A stretch of DNA of 64,000 nucleotides from Patescibacteria group bacterium (GCA_041650915.1 JBAZKE010000001.1:119770-183769), one strand, 5' to 3'. Positions 8,615 to 19,798 are shown, numbered from the stretch's first letter. Numbers and translations: made by a program. Notes: generated by a model from the letters alone, not told the origin.

Positions 8615-10444
8615 CTAGTCCCATCCGAGCCTGGTTTTAATGTACCAGCTGGTGATGCCGTTAAATCTGTCAGATGGGATGGTAATTCTCGTCGTTGCTA
8701 CCCCCTTGATCTCCCGAGCTATCGCATGGTCATACGTCGGGCTGTACAAGAAGAGTGCGGGCACCTCATCGGCGATGATTTTTTGGAAATCGATGTACTT
8801 GCTTGCGCGCTCATCCGCATTCTCGATTTTTCGCGCCTCCTCGAGGAGCTTGTCGACATCTTTGTTGTAGTAGTTTGAGAGGTTGAGACCGCCGTCGAGG
8901 CTCTGCGAGGAGTGCCAGAACGGATACGGATCCGGATCAGAGCCTAGTATTTCTCCATACAGGAACGCTTCGTAATCTCGCGGCTTGATCACTTCCTTGT
9001 CGACCCGGAGCGGATTCATTATTTTCAGCTCGATGCCGACGCCGATTGCCTCCCAATTCTCACGGAGAATATCGGCTGTTTTCAGGTATTCAGGCTGGTC
9101 GACCGTCGTGAGCGAGAACTTGAGCTCCGCACCGTCTTTGGTTCGGAGGCCCCCTCCCTCGGGGATTGTCCACTCGAGCTCATCGAGCTCGGCAGCGGCC
9201 TGTGCCGGATTGTATGCATACCCTCCGATTTCAGAGCTGAATCCGAGAAAACCCTCGAGGATCGGTGCGCTGATAACCTTGCCCTGCCCCTGCAGCGCCT
9301 CTTCGAGAATTCGGCTGCGATCAACGGCATTCGCGAGCGCTTTCTTGAGCTCTTGGTCTTTGAGCAGCTCATTTTTTTGGTTGAAGAATACCGCGGTGTA
9401 CTGTGGCAGCTGGAGCGGGTATAGGGTGATGCCCTTCTTCTCGGCCAGCGTTTCGCGGTATTCCTTCGGTACGTAGCTCATGCCGTCGACGGTTCCGCTC
9501 TTGAGCGCTTCCGTCGCTGAGGCAAAATCCGGGTACAGCTTCATGATAATCGTATCGATATACGGGAGCTGGCCATAGTAGCGCTCATTGCGTTCAAGCG
9601 TATAGGATTTAATTATGCCGGAGTGGTCTTTCACGAGCTCTTTGAAGGCGTAAGGCCCCGATCCGATCGGTTTCGTGTTGTACTCTGCGAGCTTGAAGTT
9701 CGCGGGTGCGACATCGCTCCAGATGTGCCCCGGCAGAATTCCGATTGTCAGATTTGAGAGGAAGGGCGCGAACGGTTCGTTGAGCGTGAAGGTTACCGTA
9801 TGGTCGTCGATGCGTTCGGTCGCAACCCCATTGAAGTTACTGTAAAAGGGGCTGTTGTAATCCGGATCCTGGACGGTTTCGATCGTGTAGAGGATATCGT
9901 CCGCCAAGAGTTCATTCCCGTTGTGCCATTTGACCCCCTTGCGCAAGTGTATGGTATAGGTTTTTTTGTCTTCCGAAAGTTCGTAGCTAGCGGCGAGGTC
10001 CGGCACGAGCTGGAGCTGCTCATCGTAGCGGAACAAGCCAGAGTAGATGAGCACGGTAATATCGCGGTCGACGTCGCCCTGCGCCAGCACTGGATTGACG
10101 TAGGACGGCTGCCCGACAATCGCCTCCGTATAGCTTCCGCCCTGCTGCGGTAGGTACTCGACGTGGCGCTGGCAAAACCGTACGAGCAAGAAGCCGAGGC
10201 AGATGATTGTTGCCCCAATGAGTAACCGAACGATGAGCTTCTCACGTTGCGTGAGGTACTCAGGCAGGTACTGCAGCTGTTTCCACGTCGGGAAGCGCTG
10301 TTTTGCGAGTGACAGCACGAGCTTCTTATCGAGGTCGAGATTGCCGTTAAATGTCGGGGGGACTTTTACAGGTTTACTTTCGTCTGATGCTTTTCCTCGA
10401 TTGCTGAGCGCTCGTTGGAAGATGTTGCGTACGTTGAATTTCAC
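8615..10444 (-). CDS. peptide/nickel ABC transporter substrate-binding protein (OppA/DppA family) with N-terminal membrane anchor
   Basis: GLFRYD...VPDLAASY...YTIHLRKGVKWHNG, PIGSGPY, DPYPFWHSSQ; GTG start inferred. Confidence 0.9.
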   Translation of the reverse strand: MKFNVRNIFQRALSNRGKASDESKPVKVPPTFNGNLDLDKKLVLSLAKQRFPTWKQLQYLPEYLTQREKLIVRLLIGATIICLGFLLVRFCQRHVEYLPQQGGSYTEAIVGQPSYVNPVLAQGDVDRDITVLIYSGLFRYDEQLQLVPDLAASYELSEDKKTYTIHLRKGVKWHNGNELLADDILYTIETVQDPDYNSPFYSNFNGVATERIDDHTVTFTLNEPFAPFLSNLTIGILPGHIWSDVAPANFKLAEYNTKPIGSGPYAFKELVKDHSGIIKSYTLERNERYYGQLPYIDTIIMKLYPDFASATEALKSGTVDGMSYVPKEYRETLAEKKGITLYPLQLPQYTAVFFNQKNELLKDQELKKALANAVDRSRILEEALQGQGKVISAPILEGFLGFSSEIGGYAYNPAQAAAELDELEWTIPEGGGLRTKDGAELKFSLTTVDQPEYLKTADILRENWEAIGVGIELKIMNPLRVDKEVIKPRDYEAFLYGEILGSDPDPYPFWHSSQSLDGGLNLSNYYNKDVDKLLEEARKIENADERASKYIDFQKIIADEVPALFLYSPTYDHAIAREIKGVATTRITIPSDRFNGITSWYIKTRLGWD

Positions 10445-10469
10445 AAACAGGTGTGTCGGACTAGGTAAG

Positions 10470-10688
10470 CTACTTGATGAGCACGTTCGCGAGTGCAACG
10501 CCGAAAAATGCGACGCTCAGAACGATAGTTGAAAAAAATAAGATTTTCTCAAAGCCGCGTTTCGTCCGGTAAACGTTGCCCTCTCCTCCGAATACGCCGC
10601 CGAGACCCGCACCGCGGTTCTGGAACAGGATTGCGGTGATGAGCGCCACGGCGAGTACGATCTGTGCGATGTTGAGTATGTTTTCCAT
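10470..10688 (-). CDS. secG: preprotein translocase subunit SecG
   Basis: Two TM helices with ILFQNRGAGLGGVFGG and RTKRGFEKILF. Confidence 0.93.
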   Translation of the reverse strand: MENILNIAQIVLAVALITAILFQNRGAGLGGVFGGEGNVYRTKRGFEKILFFSTIVLSVAFFGVALANVLIK

Positions 10689-10748
10689 CAATGTATTTCA
10701 GGGTATATAAAAAAAGGTGTTTGTAGAGCAACCCCTACAGTATCAAAT

Positions 10749-10916
10749 TCAGCGCTCTCTGTCAAGCTGCTGCACCTTTCGTCCCTTCTCCACGATAATT
10801 CGCTGCAGTTCCCGCACACTCCGGCCGGAGCTCTTTATCTTCGGCGTGCGCTTTTTTTCGCGGATGCGTGCGCGCCGTTCAATTTCCGCTTGGGTTTGTT
10901 CGTGGTCATTGGTCAT
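10749..10916 (-). CDS. small basic hypothetical protein (55 aa, not in the ORF track)
   Basis: MTNDHEQTQAEIERRARIREKKRTPKIKSSGRSVRELQRIIVEKGRKVQQLDRER; ATGA overlap with the uvrC stop. Confidence 0.65.
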   Translation of the reverse strand: MTNDHEQTQAEIERRARIREKKRTPKIKSSGRSVRELQRIIVEKGRKVQQLDRER

Positions 10917-12691
10917 AGTCGTTCTCTGAGCTGCCCGGCGAGCTTCTCGCCGACAGCCGATTTGAGCTGTTCTCGAGAAGCCGCACGGACGCCCTGTACC
11001 GAGCCGAACCGCGCGAGCAGCTTTTTTCTGGTCGCTGGCCCGATGCCTGGCACCTCATCGAACCATGACTTCCGGGCGGCCTTTCGATGCGTCGAGCGGA
11101 AGAATGAGATTGCGAACCGGTGCGCCTCGTCCCGCATGAGCTGCAGTAGGCGGAGTTCCGGTGAATTGGCAGCCATGCGCACCGGGATTTTTCGGCCGGG
11201 GAGGTAGATGTCTTCATTTTGCTTGGCGAGCGCGACGATCGGTATGTTCGCCGGAATGTTTTTCAGGGCCGCGCTGAGCTGTCCTTTTCCGCCGTCGAGG
11301 ATGAGGAGATCTGGCTGAGGCCAGCCCGGTTGCAGACCTGGGGATGCAGGCTCGTGGGCGGTGTGCCGAAAGCGCCGCCCAAGCACCTCGGCGAGCATAG
11401 CGGGATCGTTAATCCCGCTGACCGTCTTGATTTTAAATTTCCTATACCATTTTTTATCGGGTTTGCCGTCCGTGAAGACGATCATCGAGCCGACCGCGTC
11501 GGCTCCCTGTACGTTCGAGATATCGTATACTTCAATCCGCCGCGGGATCGCCGGCAGCTTGAGCACGCGCCGGAGCTGCCCGAGCGCTTCACCCGTCCGT
11601 TCCGCATCGCGCTGCCATGATGCTCGCTGCAGTTCGAGGTAGGACTCCGCATTTTCCGTGCCGAGGTTGAGGTATTGGCGTTTTATGCCGCGTTGCGGTA
11701 CGTGGATTTTTGTTTTGAATGCCCGCTCGATTATGGATTGGGATTGCGGTTTTGCGGGGAGGATAATCATTGTCGGCACGTCCGTCGCCTGCGCGTAGTA
11801 CTGTTCGATGAACGCTTGCAGCACCTCGCCGTCCGTTTGCGCCCTCGTATTCGCGAGGGTGAGGTTTTGTTTTTCTGTAAGCTTGCCGCTCCGGATTCTG
11901 AACAGGTTGATGGCGCTCATGTCGTGCGCGCGTGCAATGCTGACGATATCGAAATTTTCACGCTTGGGCGATACGACCTTCTGCTTTTCTATAATCTTTT
12001 CGATCGAGCTGAGCTTATCTCTCAGTGATGCGGCGCGTTCGTATTCCCTCCGCCGGGAAGCCCCGTTCATCTGGTTCTGCAGATCGCGGCCGATCTCGCG
12101 GTATTGTCCGCTGAGAAACTGGATGATCTTGCCGATAGTCTGGCGGTACTCTTCTTTCGTTGCGGGGCCGAGCAGCTGCGGATACCGTCTCGTCAGGTGT
12201 TCGAGCTGGCTCGTTGACGGCGCCTTTTGGAAGCTGCGGTGCGGGAACAGCTTCCGGAGCAGGTTCAGGGTCTGGCGCACCGAGCCGCCCGATACGAACG
12301 GCCCAAAGTATTTTGCCCCGTCGCTGAGCACGCGGCGCGTGGAAAAAACACGGGGGAAGTCCTCCTTGACCGTGATCTTGATGTACGAAAACGTTTTACC
12401 GTCCTTGAGGTCGATGTTGAAGGGCGGCTGGCGCTTCTTGATCAGATTTGCCTCAAGCAGCAGCGCTTCTGTTTCTGAGGAGGTAATGATGTACTCGATT
12501 TTTTTAATCTTCCCGACCATAAGCCGCTTGTGCGGCGTGAGCTGTGAGGAGCGGTGGAAGTATGACTGGACCCTGCTGCGTAAGCGGCGCGCTTTTCCGA
12601 TGTACAAAACCAGCCCTTCGTTATCCAGGAACTGGTATATTCCGGGCTTTTGTGGGAGGTATTGCACGTTGATGGTTTGTGGTGCATTCAT
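10913..12691 (-). CDS. uvrC: excinuclease ABC subunit C
   Basis: LPQKPGIYQF...LYIGKA (GIY-YIG), RIEVYDIS, DGGKGQ, RDEAHRFA, HhH VPGIGP. Confidence 0.96.
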   Translation of the reverse strand: MNAPQTINVQYLPQKPGIYQFLDNEGLVLYIGKARRLRSRVQSYFHRSSQLTPHKRLMVGKIKKIEYIITSSETEALLLEANLIKKRQPPFNIDLKDGKTFSYIKITVKEDFPRVFSTRRVLSDGAKYFGPFVSGGSVRQTLNLLRKLFPHRSFQKAPSTSQLEHLTRRYPQLLGPATKEEYRQTIGKIIQFLSGQYREIGRDLQNQMNGASRRREYERAASLRDKLSSIEKIIEKQKVVSPKRENFDIVSIARAHDMSAINLFRIRSGKLTEKQNLTLANTRAQTDGEVLQAFIEQYYAQATDVPTMIILPAKPQSQSIIERAFKTKIHVPQRGIKRQYLNLGTENAESYLELQRASWQRDAERTGEALGQLRRVLKLPAIPRRIEVYDISNVQGADAVGSMIVFTDGKPDKKWYRKFKIKTVSGINDPAMLAEVLGRRFRHTAHEPASPGLQPGWPQPDLLILDGGKGQLSAALKNIPANIPIVALAKQNEDIYLPGRKIPVRMAANSPELRLLQLMRDEAHRFAISFFRSTHRKAARKSWFDEVPGIGPATRKKLLARFGSVQGVRAASREQLKSAVGEKLAGQLRERL

Positions 12692-13173
12692 ACGGGGTAA
12701 GTATAGCATGGGTGGTTTTGGCGCCACCCCAGGTTTAATTTGTTTACTCCGAGCGCACCCAGAGACGGGTGCGCTCCGCTGTTTACCATGCATTTTGTCA
12801 CCATCTGCAAAGCGCAGGCAGAGACGCCCGCGCTTTAAAGCCACGGAACTGACCAGATGCGGATCCTTTTTGTTAATATTAGCGAAATATTGGTAATGAT
12901 ATCCACAGCACGGGGCTTGACAAACTGGAGGCATGGGTGTATGATAGCCGATTACAATCAAATACTCTTTGAGGAGAGAGTACACGATTAAAGCGGCGTT
13001 TTGTTTGAGCACTGAATCCTCATTGTTTAAACAAAAGGCCGTTTTCTTTAAAACTGAGAGTTTTAAAGGGAACACCTCGCTCATTACAATCCATTGTGCA
13101 AATTAGAGAAGTTAACTGATAGAAATGGCAGAATGGGAATTTTGCCGCAACCCTGTTGAAGGAGGGTCAAAAA

Positions 13174-14271
13174 ATGACTCGGAATTTGTCCGTAACTCTG
13201 ATGGCGGTCTTCGTGATCGCCCTGTCAACCGTCAGCTTTGCCGGCGTCGATCTTTCAAATACTCCGCAAGTACAAAAAATACTCGCTGGAGTATGCGATT
13301 TCAACCAGCCAGTCGGTTTCAAAAGCCTATACGGCAATTATATCTTTGAATGGCAGATGACCGATTCGGTGGCAACGGTTGATATGTATGGAGATTCGAC
13401 GTATGAGTATACTGACTCAGCGCGAGTTCCGGTCGACTCTGCTGTCGTCGCGGTGGACACCACGTTCCACTGTGAGGATATGCTCGTCGACACCACGACG
13501 CTCTACAAACTGGCGCTTGATACCGTAGGCGATTGGGTTCCATCGACCGAGTACTTGGAGCTCTTCGCTGAAAACTTCAAGGATTTCGATCTTTCGAAGC
13601 TGGAACAAAGGGCAGCTGCCTGGCAGAAGCAGCAGATTGAGTTGCAGAAAGCCGCCGATGAACGGGCGAAGTTTGTAGCCGACAGCATGGCTATCGAGAT
13701 GGAGAAATCGTTCTTCATCGGAGTGGACTCCCTTATCAAGGAAGTTCCAAACGAGATCGAGACACTGAATGAGTGGATGGATCCGTTTGACTCGGCGGAG
13801 AAGTTCGCCGCCGCGTTGCTCAAACTCGGCTTTGACAAACGGTCCGCGTACGTATACGCAAACCGGATCGAACCGGACCTGAGGCAGCAAGTGCTCTTCA
13901 ACGCATTTACCAATGCGGTTCAACTGAAGGGTTACGCTGCCGGTGTAAAGCGAAACTTCGTGGAGGTCAATGGACCGGCCATGAAGAAACTGCTCGCTGC
14001 CGACAGCACGCAGCAGGCGCTCATCGTCCAGAACGGCGAGTTCATCGCCTGTCTGGATTCCACTGTCACCGATTTGCAGGAAAACTTCGACGGCTACAAG
14101 TCGAGTACCGATCAGCGGATCGGAGCAGTCGAACGGCAGGTTACTGAAGTCCAGGAGCAGCTTTCAGCGGACCAGGCGTGGAAGCGCAAAATGGAAGGCC
14201 TTGCTGCCAAGGCCAAGTACAATGGTTCTGCGAAGAACCAGAAGCTCGTTGACGAAGCGCTCGGCAAGTAG
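13174..14271 (+). CDS. hypothetical secreted protein with coiled-coil C-terminus
   Basis: Strong SD gaaggagg, signal peptide, 365-aa ORF, own terminator. Confidence 0.75.
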   Translation: MTRNLSVTLMAVFVIALSTVSFAGVDLSNTPQVQKILAGVCDFNQPVGFKSLYGNYIFEWQMTDSVATVDMYGDSTYEYTDSARVPVDSAVVAVDTTFHCEDMLVDTTTLYKLALDTVGDWVPSTEYLELFAENFKDFDLSKLEQRAAAWQKQQIELQKAADERAKFVADSMAIEMEKSFFIGVDSLIKEVPNEIETLNEWMDPFDSAEKFAAALLKLGFDKRSAYVYANRIEPDLRQQVLFNAFTNAVQLKGYAAGVKRNFVEVNGPAMKKLLAADSTQQALIVQNGEFIACLDSTVTDLQENFDGYKSSTDQRIGAVERQVTEVQEQLSADQAWKRKMEGLAAKAKYNGSAKNQKLVDEALGK

Positions 14272-14291
14272 CGTTTCGACACAATGGATAA

Positions 14292-14340
14292 AGGCCGGCG
14301 GAGATACTCAACAGAGTATTTCCCCCGGCCTATTTTTTTT
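14292..14340 (+). terminator. intrinsic terminator
   Basis: aggccgg...ccggcct long stem followed by a T run. Confidence 0.7.
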
Positions 14341-14422
14341 ACTTTTTGCGTGAGCAGGCGGCAAGCAGCCGAAGCCTTAGCCCACATTGAAAGGCGGAAT
14401 TACACGATCCTTTCTAAGGGGA

Positions 14423-14451
14423 TTGACCGCCCTTGACATGGGGTGTATAAT
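14423..14451 (+). promoter_or_regulatory. sigma70 promoter of uvrA
   Basis: ttgacc-17-tataat. Confidence 0.6.
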
Positions 14452-14533
14452 GGATTCCAACTATTTACCCCGTTTTTTTTATACTGTGAGCGCAACGAGA
14501 GCACAATCAAATGCCAGGAGCACCGAAGAGCCC

Positions 14534-17362
14534 ATGATCACGATCCGCGGAGCGCGGGTGCACAACCTGAAAAATATCAACGTGGATATCCCGCGCGACA
14601 AGCTCGTCGTGATTACCGGCATTTCCGGTTCTGGCAAATCGTCGCTCGCGTTCGATACGATCTACGCGGAGGGGCAGCGCCGGTACGTCGAGTCGCTGTC
14701 TGCGTACGCACGGCAGTTTTTGGGCCTCATGGACAAGCCGGACGTTGACCAGATTGACGGGCTCTCCCCGGCAATTTCGATAGACCAGCGCGCGACGTCC
14801 CACAATCCGCGCTCGACCGTCGGCACCGTTACTGAGATATATGACTACCTTCGGCTGCTCTTTTCGCGCGTCGGCAAGCCGCACTGCCCGTCCTGCGGCA
14901 GGGAGGTTTCGCGGCAGACCATTGACCAGATTGCGGACAGGGTGCGCAAGCTGCCGGCGGACGCGGAATTCATGATCCTCGCCCCGGTCATCCGCGACCA
15001 GAAGGGCGAGCACAAGAACGTGATTATCGAAGTCCGGAAAGCCGGGTACGTGCGGGTCCGCATCGACGGGATCGTGTACCCGATTGAAGAAGCTGAGGAC
15101 CTGAACGTCGACAAGAAAAAGAAGCACACGGTTGACGTCGTCGTTGACCGGCTGACTAACGGCACGCAGCTCGACCGCGGACGGCTCGTTGAATCCCTCG
15201 AAGCCGCGCTCAAGCTCGGCGACGGCCTCGTAATCGTCCAGGAGGCGGAGTCGGGCAAGGACATGCTCTTCTCGCAGCACTTTTCCTGCCCCAGCTGCGG
15301 CATTAACCTGCCGCCGATTGAGCCGCGGAATTTTTCATTCAACAGCCCCCACGGCGCATGCCCCGACTGCACGGGCCTCGGCACCCGCCTCGAGATTGAT
15401 CCCGACCTCATTATCCCGAACCCGAAGCTCACCATCGCGCAGGGCGCGATCCGGCCGTGGGCGCGCACCTCTTCGAACCAGGCGTGGTACATCCGTTTCC
15501 TCGAGCAGGTCGCGGATGCGCACGGCTTTTCGCTCGACGTGCCGGTGAAAGACCTGTCAAAAGGCCACCTTGATATCATCCTGCACGGCTCAGGGAACAA
15601 GGAGTACACCATGGAGTATTCAAGCGACCGCTTTGAAGGTGAGTTCACGAGGAATTTTGAGGGTGTGATACCGAATCTGATGCGCCGGTACAAGGAGACG
15701 CAGTCCGACTACATCCGCGCAGAAATAGAGAAATACATGCGGGTGCTGCTGTGCCCGACGTGCGGAGGAAAGCGCCTCAGGCCGGAGGTGCTCGCAGTAA
15801 CCGTTGCTGACGTATCAATCTCTGATGTCGCAAATATGACGGTCGAGGAGTGCCGGAAGTTTTTCAGTAACCTCAAATTTAAGACCAACAAGGAGCGGAC
15901 GATCGCCAAGCAAATCCTGAAAGAGATCAGCGCGCGCCTGCAGTTCCTGCACAATGTCGGCCTTGACTACCTGACGATTGACCGTGCGGCCTCGACGCTT
16001 GCCGGCGGCGAGGCGCAGCGCATCCGGCTCGCGACGCAGATCGGTTCATCGCTCGTCGGCGTGGTGTACATTCTCGACGAGCCTTCCATCGGGCTCCACC
16101 AGCGTGATAATGAGAAGCTCATTACGACACTCGAGGTACTGCGGGATCTCGGCAATACAGTCATTGTCGTTGAGCACGATGAGGGGACTATCCTGTCGGC
16201 TGACTATGTTCTCGATATCGGCCCCGGCGCAGGGGAGCATGGCGGCAAGGTTGTTGCAGCCGGAACGCCCGCTGAGATTACTAAGAATAAAAATTCGCTC
16301 ACCGGAAAGTATATTTCCGGAAAGCTCTCGATCCCTGTCCCGGAGGAGTACCGCCCGGGGAACGGCAAGGAGCTCGTGATACGGAAAGCGGCGGAGTTTA
16401 ACCTGCAAAATATAGACGTGCACATACCGCTCGGAAAGTTCGTGTGCATCACGGGGGTGTCCGGCTCGGGAAAGTCGACCCTCATGACGGAGATACTCGC
16501 CAAGGCGCTTGCCCAGAAATTCTATGGGGCGAAAGATGCGCCCGGAAAGCACGAAGGCCTCGACGGCACGGAGAACCTCGACAAGGTCATCAATATCGAC
16601 CAGTCGCCGATCGGGCGAACTCCGCGGTCAAACCCCGCAACGTACACCGGCGTTTTTACGTACATCCGTGACCTGTTTACGCAGGTGCCTGAGGCAAAGA
16701 TACGCGGGTACGGACCGGGGCGTTTCAGCTTCAACGTCGCGGGCGGCCGGTGTGAAGCCTGCCAGGGTGACGGCCTCGTCAAGATTGAGATGCAGTTCCT
16801 CCCTGACGTGTACGTTGAGTGTGAAGAATGCAAGGGTAAGCGATATAACCAGCAGACGCTCGAAATCCAGTATAAGAATAAAACGATTTCAGACGTGCTC
16901 GAAATGACCGTGGAAGAGGCGCTCTCATTTTTCCGGAGCATCCCGCCGATCTACAGCAAGCTGAAGACCCTCAATGAGGTCGGCCTCGGGTATATCCACC
17001 TCGGCCAGTCTGCCACCACGCTCTCCGGCGGTGAAGCGCAGCGCGTCAAGCTCGCGACCGAGCTCTCGCGCCGTGCGACCGGCAAGACGCTCTACATCCT
17101 CGACGAGCCGACGACCGGCCTCCACTTTGATGACGTCAGGCGCCTATTGCTCGTGCTCAACCAGCTCGTGGATAAGGGGAATACGGTGCTCGTCATCGAG
17201 CACAATCTCGACATTATCAAGTCAGCCGATTGGGTCATCGACCTCGGGCCCGAGGGGGGGAGCAAGGGCGGTGAAATTGTTGCCGTTGGGACGCCGCGTG
17301 AAGTTGCGGAAGCAAAGAGGAGCTACACGGGCAAGTTCTTGAAGCAGATGCTGAGCAAGTAG
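14534..17362 (+). CDS. uvrA: excinuclease ABC subunit A
   Basis: [32 protein letters not shown], two ABC cassettes, Zn fingers. Confidence 0.98.
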   Translation: MITIRGARVHNLKNINVDIPRDKLVVITGISGSGKSSLAFDTIYAEGQRRYVESLSAYARQFLGLMDKPDVDQIDGLSPAISIDQRATSHNPRSTVGTVTEIYDYLRLLFSRVGKPHCPSCGREVSRQTIDQIADRVRKLPADAEFMILAPVIRDQKGEHKNVIIEVRKAGYVRVRIDGIVYPIEEAEDLNVDKKKKHTVDVVVDRLTNGTQLDRGRLVESLEAALKLGDGLVIVQEAESGKDMLFSQHFSCPSCGINLPPIEPRNFSFNSPHGACPDCTGLGTRLEIDPDLIIPNPKLTIAQGAIRPWARTSSNQAWYIRFLEQVADAHGFSLDVPVKDLSKGHLDIILHGSGNKEYTMEYSSDRFEGEFTRNFEGVIPNLMRRYKETQSDYIRAEIEKYMRVLLCPTCGGKRLRPEVLAVTVADVSISDVANMTVEECRKFFSNLKFKTNKERTIAKQILKEISARLQFLHNVGLDYLTIDRAASTLAGGEAQRIRLATQIGSSLVGVVYILDEPSIGLHQRDNEKLITTLEVLRDLGNTVIVVEHDEGTILSADYVLDIGPGAGEHGGKVVAAGTPAEITKNKNSLTGKYISGKLSIPVPEEYRPGNGKELVIRKAAEFNLQNIDVHIPLGKFVCITGVSGSGKSTLMTEILAKALAQKFYGAKDAPGKHEGLDGTENLDKVINIDQSPIGRTPRSNPATYTGVFTYIRDLFTQVPEAKIRGYGPGRFSFNVAGGRCEACQGDGLVKIEMQFLPDVYVECEECKGKRYNQQTLEIQYKNKTISDVLEMTVEEALSFFRSIPPIYSKLKTLNEVGLGYIHLGQSATTLSGGEAQRVKLATELSRRATGKTLYILDEPTTGLHFDDVRRLLLVLNQLVDKGNTVLVIEHNLDIIKSADWVIDLGPEGGSKGGEIVAVGTPREVAEAKRSYTGKFLKQMLSK

Positions 17363-17448
17363 CGCCGCCGCATGCCGGGTGAACCGCGCCGTACTGTCCG
17401 TACGGCGGCACTTTCGTATACCCTGCGTCCGCGATATAATGACGCCGT

Positions 17449-18375
17449 ATGGATCCACTGGAAAAAGCAATCATCGCGACGCTCAGCTATTTTGACGTGT
17501 TTGACTACCCGTTGACTGCCGTCGAGATTTGGAAGTGGCTGTACGTCAGCAGCGCGGATGGCGTGCCGGTACAGGCTGCTGTCGGTGACGTAGTCGGAGC
17601 GCTCGAGGAGCGTGAAAAAATCCGCCAGCGTGTTGATTTCAAGGATGGTTTCTACTTTCTGAAGGGGAGGGGGGAAACGGTGGAGAAGAGAATGGACCGC
17701 TACCGGCTCGCCGAGCGGAAGTTTCACCGGGCGCTGCGGGTGGTCTCCTTGCTGCGGCGGATGCCGTTCGTGAAGATGATCGGCATCTGCAATACGCTTG
17801 CGTACAGCAACAGCAGGCGGGAGGGGGACATCGATCTCCTCATCGTGACAAAACGGCGGCGGGTATGGCAGGTGCGTTTTTGGGTTACGGGTTTTCTAAA
17901 GCTCTCCAATATGCGGCCGCGCCCCGGCAGGACCGAGGATACCATTTGCCCGTCCTTCTTTGTCGATGAAGATCACCTCGACCTCAGCGGGCTCGCTCTC
18001 GAGAATGACATCTATCTTCCGTACTGGGTTTCGCAGGTCGTGCCGGTGTACGATGAGGGCATCTACCGTACCTTCATTGCGTCGAATGCATGGATTCACC
18101 GGGCTATTCCGAACGTGCTTCCATACGTTCCAACAGCACGGCGTCGGCGGAAGCGCGTGAAGCTCTGGAAGTATTTTATTTCGGCTGCCTGTGCCCCCCT
18201 GCCTGAGCAGCTCTTCAAGCGGTACCAGCTGCGCGTGATGCCGAAACGCCTCCGGGAGCTCGCGAACAGGGACAGCAGGGTTGTGGTGCAGGATTACATG
18301 CTTAAGTTCCACGATAATGACAGGCGCGCGTATTTCTACGATCAGTGGAAACAGCGCCTCGCACGGTCCGTATGA
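17449..18375 (+). CDS. hypothetical protein with nucleotidyltransferase-like motif
   Basis: YFDVFDYPLT N-terminus; NTLAYSNSRREGDIDLLIV resembles the Pol-beta-type GS...DxD motif. Confidence 0.7.
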   Translation: MDPLEKAIIATLSYFDVFDYPLTAVEIWKWLYVSSADGVPVQAAVGDVVGALEEREKIRQRVDFKDGFYFLKGRGETVEKRMDRYRLAERKFHRALRVVSLLRRMPFVKMIGICNTLAYSNSRREGDIDLLIVTKRRRVWQVRFWVTGFLKLSNMRPRPGRTEDTICPSFFVDEDHLDLSGLALENDIYLPYWVSQVVPVYDEGIYRTFIASNAWIHRAIPNVLPYVPTARRRRKRVKLWKYFISAACAPLPEQLFKRYQLRVMPKRLRELANRDSRVVVQDYMLKFHDNDRRAYFYDQWKQRLARSV

Positions 18376-19700
18376 AACAATTTTGCCAAAAAGTCCAATC
18401 GTATGCGCTGTATCTGCTCATCTTTCTCTTGCCGTGGCAGACGCGCTGGATATGGCACCAAGGTTCCCTTAACGGCGGCGTGTGGGAGTACGGCACCTTC
18501 AGCCTGTACGCAACGGATATCCTGGCGGCAATCATCATCCTTTCCGGCATCGCACTCCACGCACGGACACGCGTCCGTTCCCTGGGCAGGATTGGCGGTA
18601 CGGTCGCGGCTTTCTTCCTCATCTGCTTCGTGACCGTTTTGTGGTCGGTGAACAAGGAGGTGTCGTGGTATGCTGCACTGAAGCTCCTCGAGTACGTCGC
18701 CCTGTTCTGGGCTGTTTCCCGTATGCAATTCAGGTGGCGCGGAGTTGCAGCGGCTTTCATTTCGAGCGGGTTTGTACAGGCGATCCTGGGAATCTACCAG
18801 TTTTTTTCCCAGCAGATCATCGAGAGCACGTGGTTCGGGCTCGCAGCGCACAGCCCGGACGTACTCGGCGATTTTGTCGTGGAAACCGCCGGAGGTAGGT
18901 TCCTGCGCGCGTACGGTTCCCTGCCGCATCCGAACATGCTCGCCGGTTTTCTCGTCGTCTGCCTCATCGTGATAATCGGTTACCTGTTCAAGGCGTATCG
19001 CAACCGGTCGGAAAACTTGCCGGCTATCATTCTCGCAGTTACCTCGTTCGTGGTCATGTACTACGGTCTCATACTTACCTTCTCCCGGAGTGCGTGGCTT
19101 GCCTTCGGGCTGGCGATCCTTGCACTCTTTGCGCTCGGGCTCTGGCACCGCGACGAGTACCGGCTCCGCATCCTCGTGCCGGTAACGCTGTGGATTGTCC
19201 TCGTGACAGCGTTCAGCGTGTATCTGCTGCCCGACCTGTGGGAGACGAGGATTACCGGTGGGAGGCTTGAACAGCAGTCGAGTGCAGAGCGCGTGTACTC
19301 GTATGGAGATGCAATCGAAATGATCCGCGGCAACTGGTATCAGGGGGTTGGCATCGGCAGTTATACGCAGGCGCTGTACGATGCTGACCATTCGCTTGAG
19401 TCGTGGGCGTACCAGCCTGCCCATAATGTATACTTGCTCGTCAGCGCTGAGTCGGGCGTTTTCGGCGGTGCGGTATTCCTCCTCCTGGTCGGCGAGGTCG
19501 GCGCGGCGATGCTCTGGAGGCGGAGGCGTGAACTCCGTACGGCGAGCTGGTATACCGTATACAGCCTGTCGTTTATTGTGCTGCTCATTGTCGGGCTGCT
19601 CGACCACTACCTGTGGTCACTCGCATTCGGCGGCATGCTCATGTGGCTGGTATTCGGGTTATGGGCGAAGCGGTATAGTGATTTTTCTGTGGATAACTAA
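18372..19700 (+). CDS. O-antigen ligase/Wzy_C family membrane protein
   Basis: RAYGSLPHPNMLAGFL, TFSRSAW, GVGIGSY, PAHNVYLLVSAESG. Confidence 0.88.
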   Translation: MKQFCQKVQSYALYLLIFLLPWQTRWIWHQGSLNGGVWEYGTFSLYATDILAAIIILSGIALHARTRVRSLGRIGGTVAAFFLICFVTVLWSVNKEVSWYAALKLLEYVALFWAVSRMQFRWRGVAAAFISSGFVQAILGIYQFFSQQIIESTWFGLAAHSPDVLGDFVVETAGGRFLRAYGSLPHPNMLAGFLVVCLIVIIGYLFKAYRNRSENLPAIILAVTSFVVMYYGLILTFSRSAWLAFGLAILALFALGLWHRDEYRLRILVPVTLWIVLVTAFSVYLLPDLWETRITGGRLEQQSSAERVYSYGDAIEMIRGNWYQGVGIGSYTQALYDADHSLESWAYQPAHNVYLLVSAESGVFGGAVFLLLVGEVGAAMLWRRRRELRTASWYTVYSLSFIVLLIVGLLDHYLWSLAFGGMLMWLVFGLWAKRYSDFSVDN

Positions 19701-19757
19701 GGGAAGCAATGTATTGAATCCTGTTTCTGATTAGAAAAAAGGCGATTTTATTGGGCA

Positions 19758-19786
19758 TTGACGAGTATTTTCTTATGCTATATTAT
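19758..19786 (+). promoter_or_regulatory. sigma70 promoter of groESL
   Basis: ttgacg-17-tattat. Confidence 0.7.
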
Positions 19787-19798
19787 AGATACTGCACA

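Noticed and set aside
12692-13084. 131-codon in-frame extension upstream of uvrC
   Set aside because: UvrC homology starts at MNAPQ/LPQKPG; the extension is AT-rich, crosses promoter-like DNA and hairpins, and has no recognisable motif.
14387-14533. N-terminal extension of uvrA in the ORF track
   Set aside because: It overlaps the ttgacc-17-tataat promoter; homology starts at [11 protein letters not shown].
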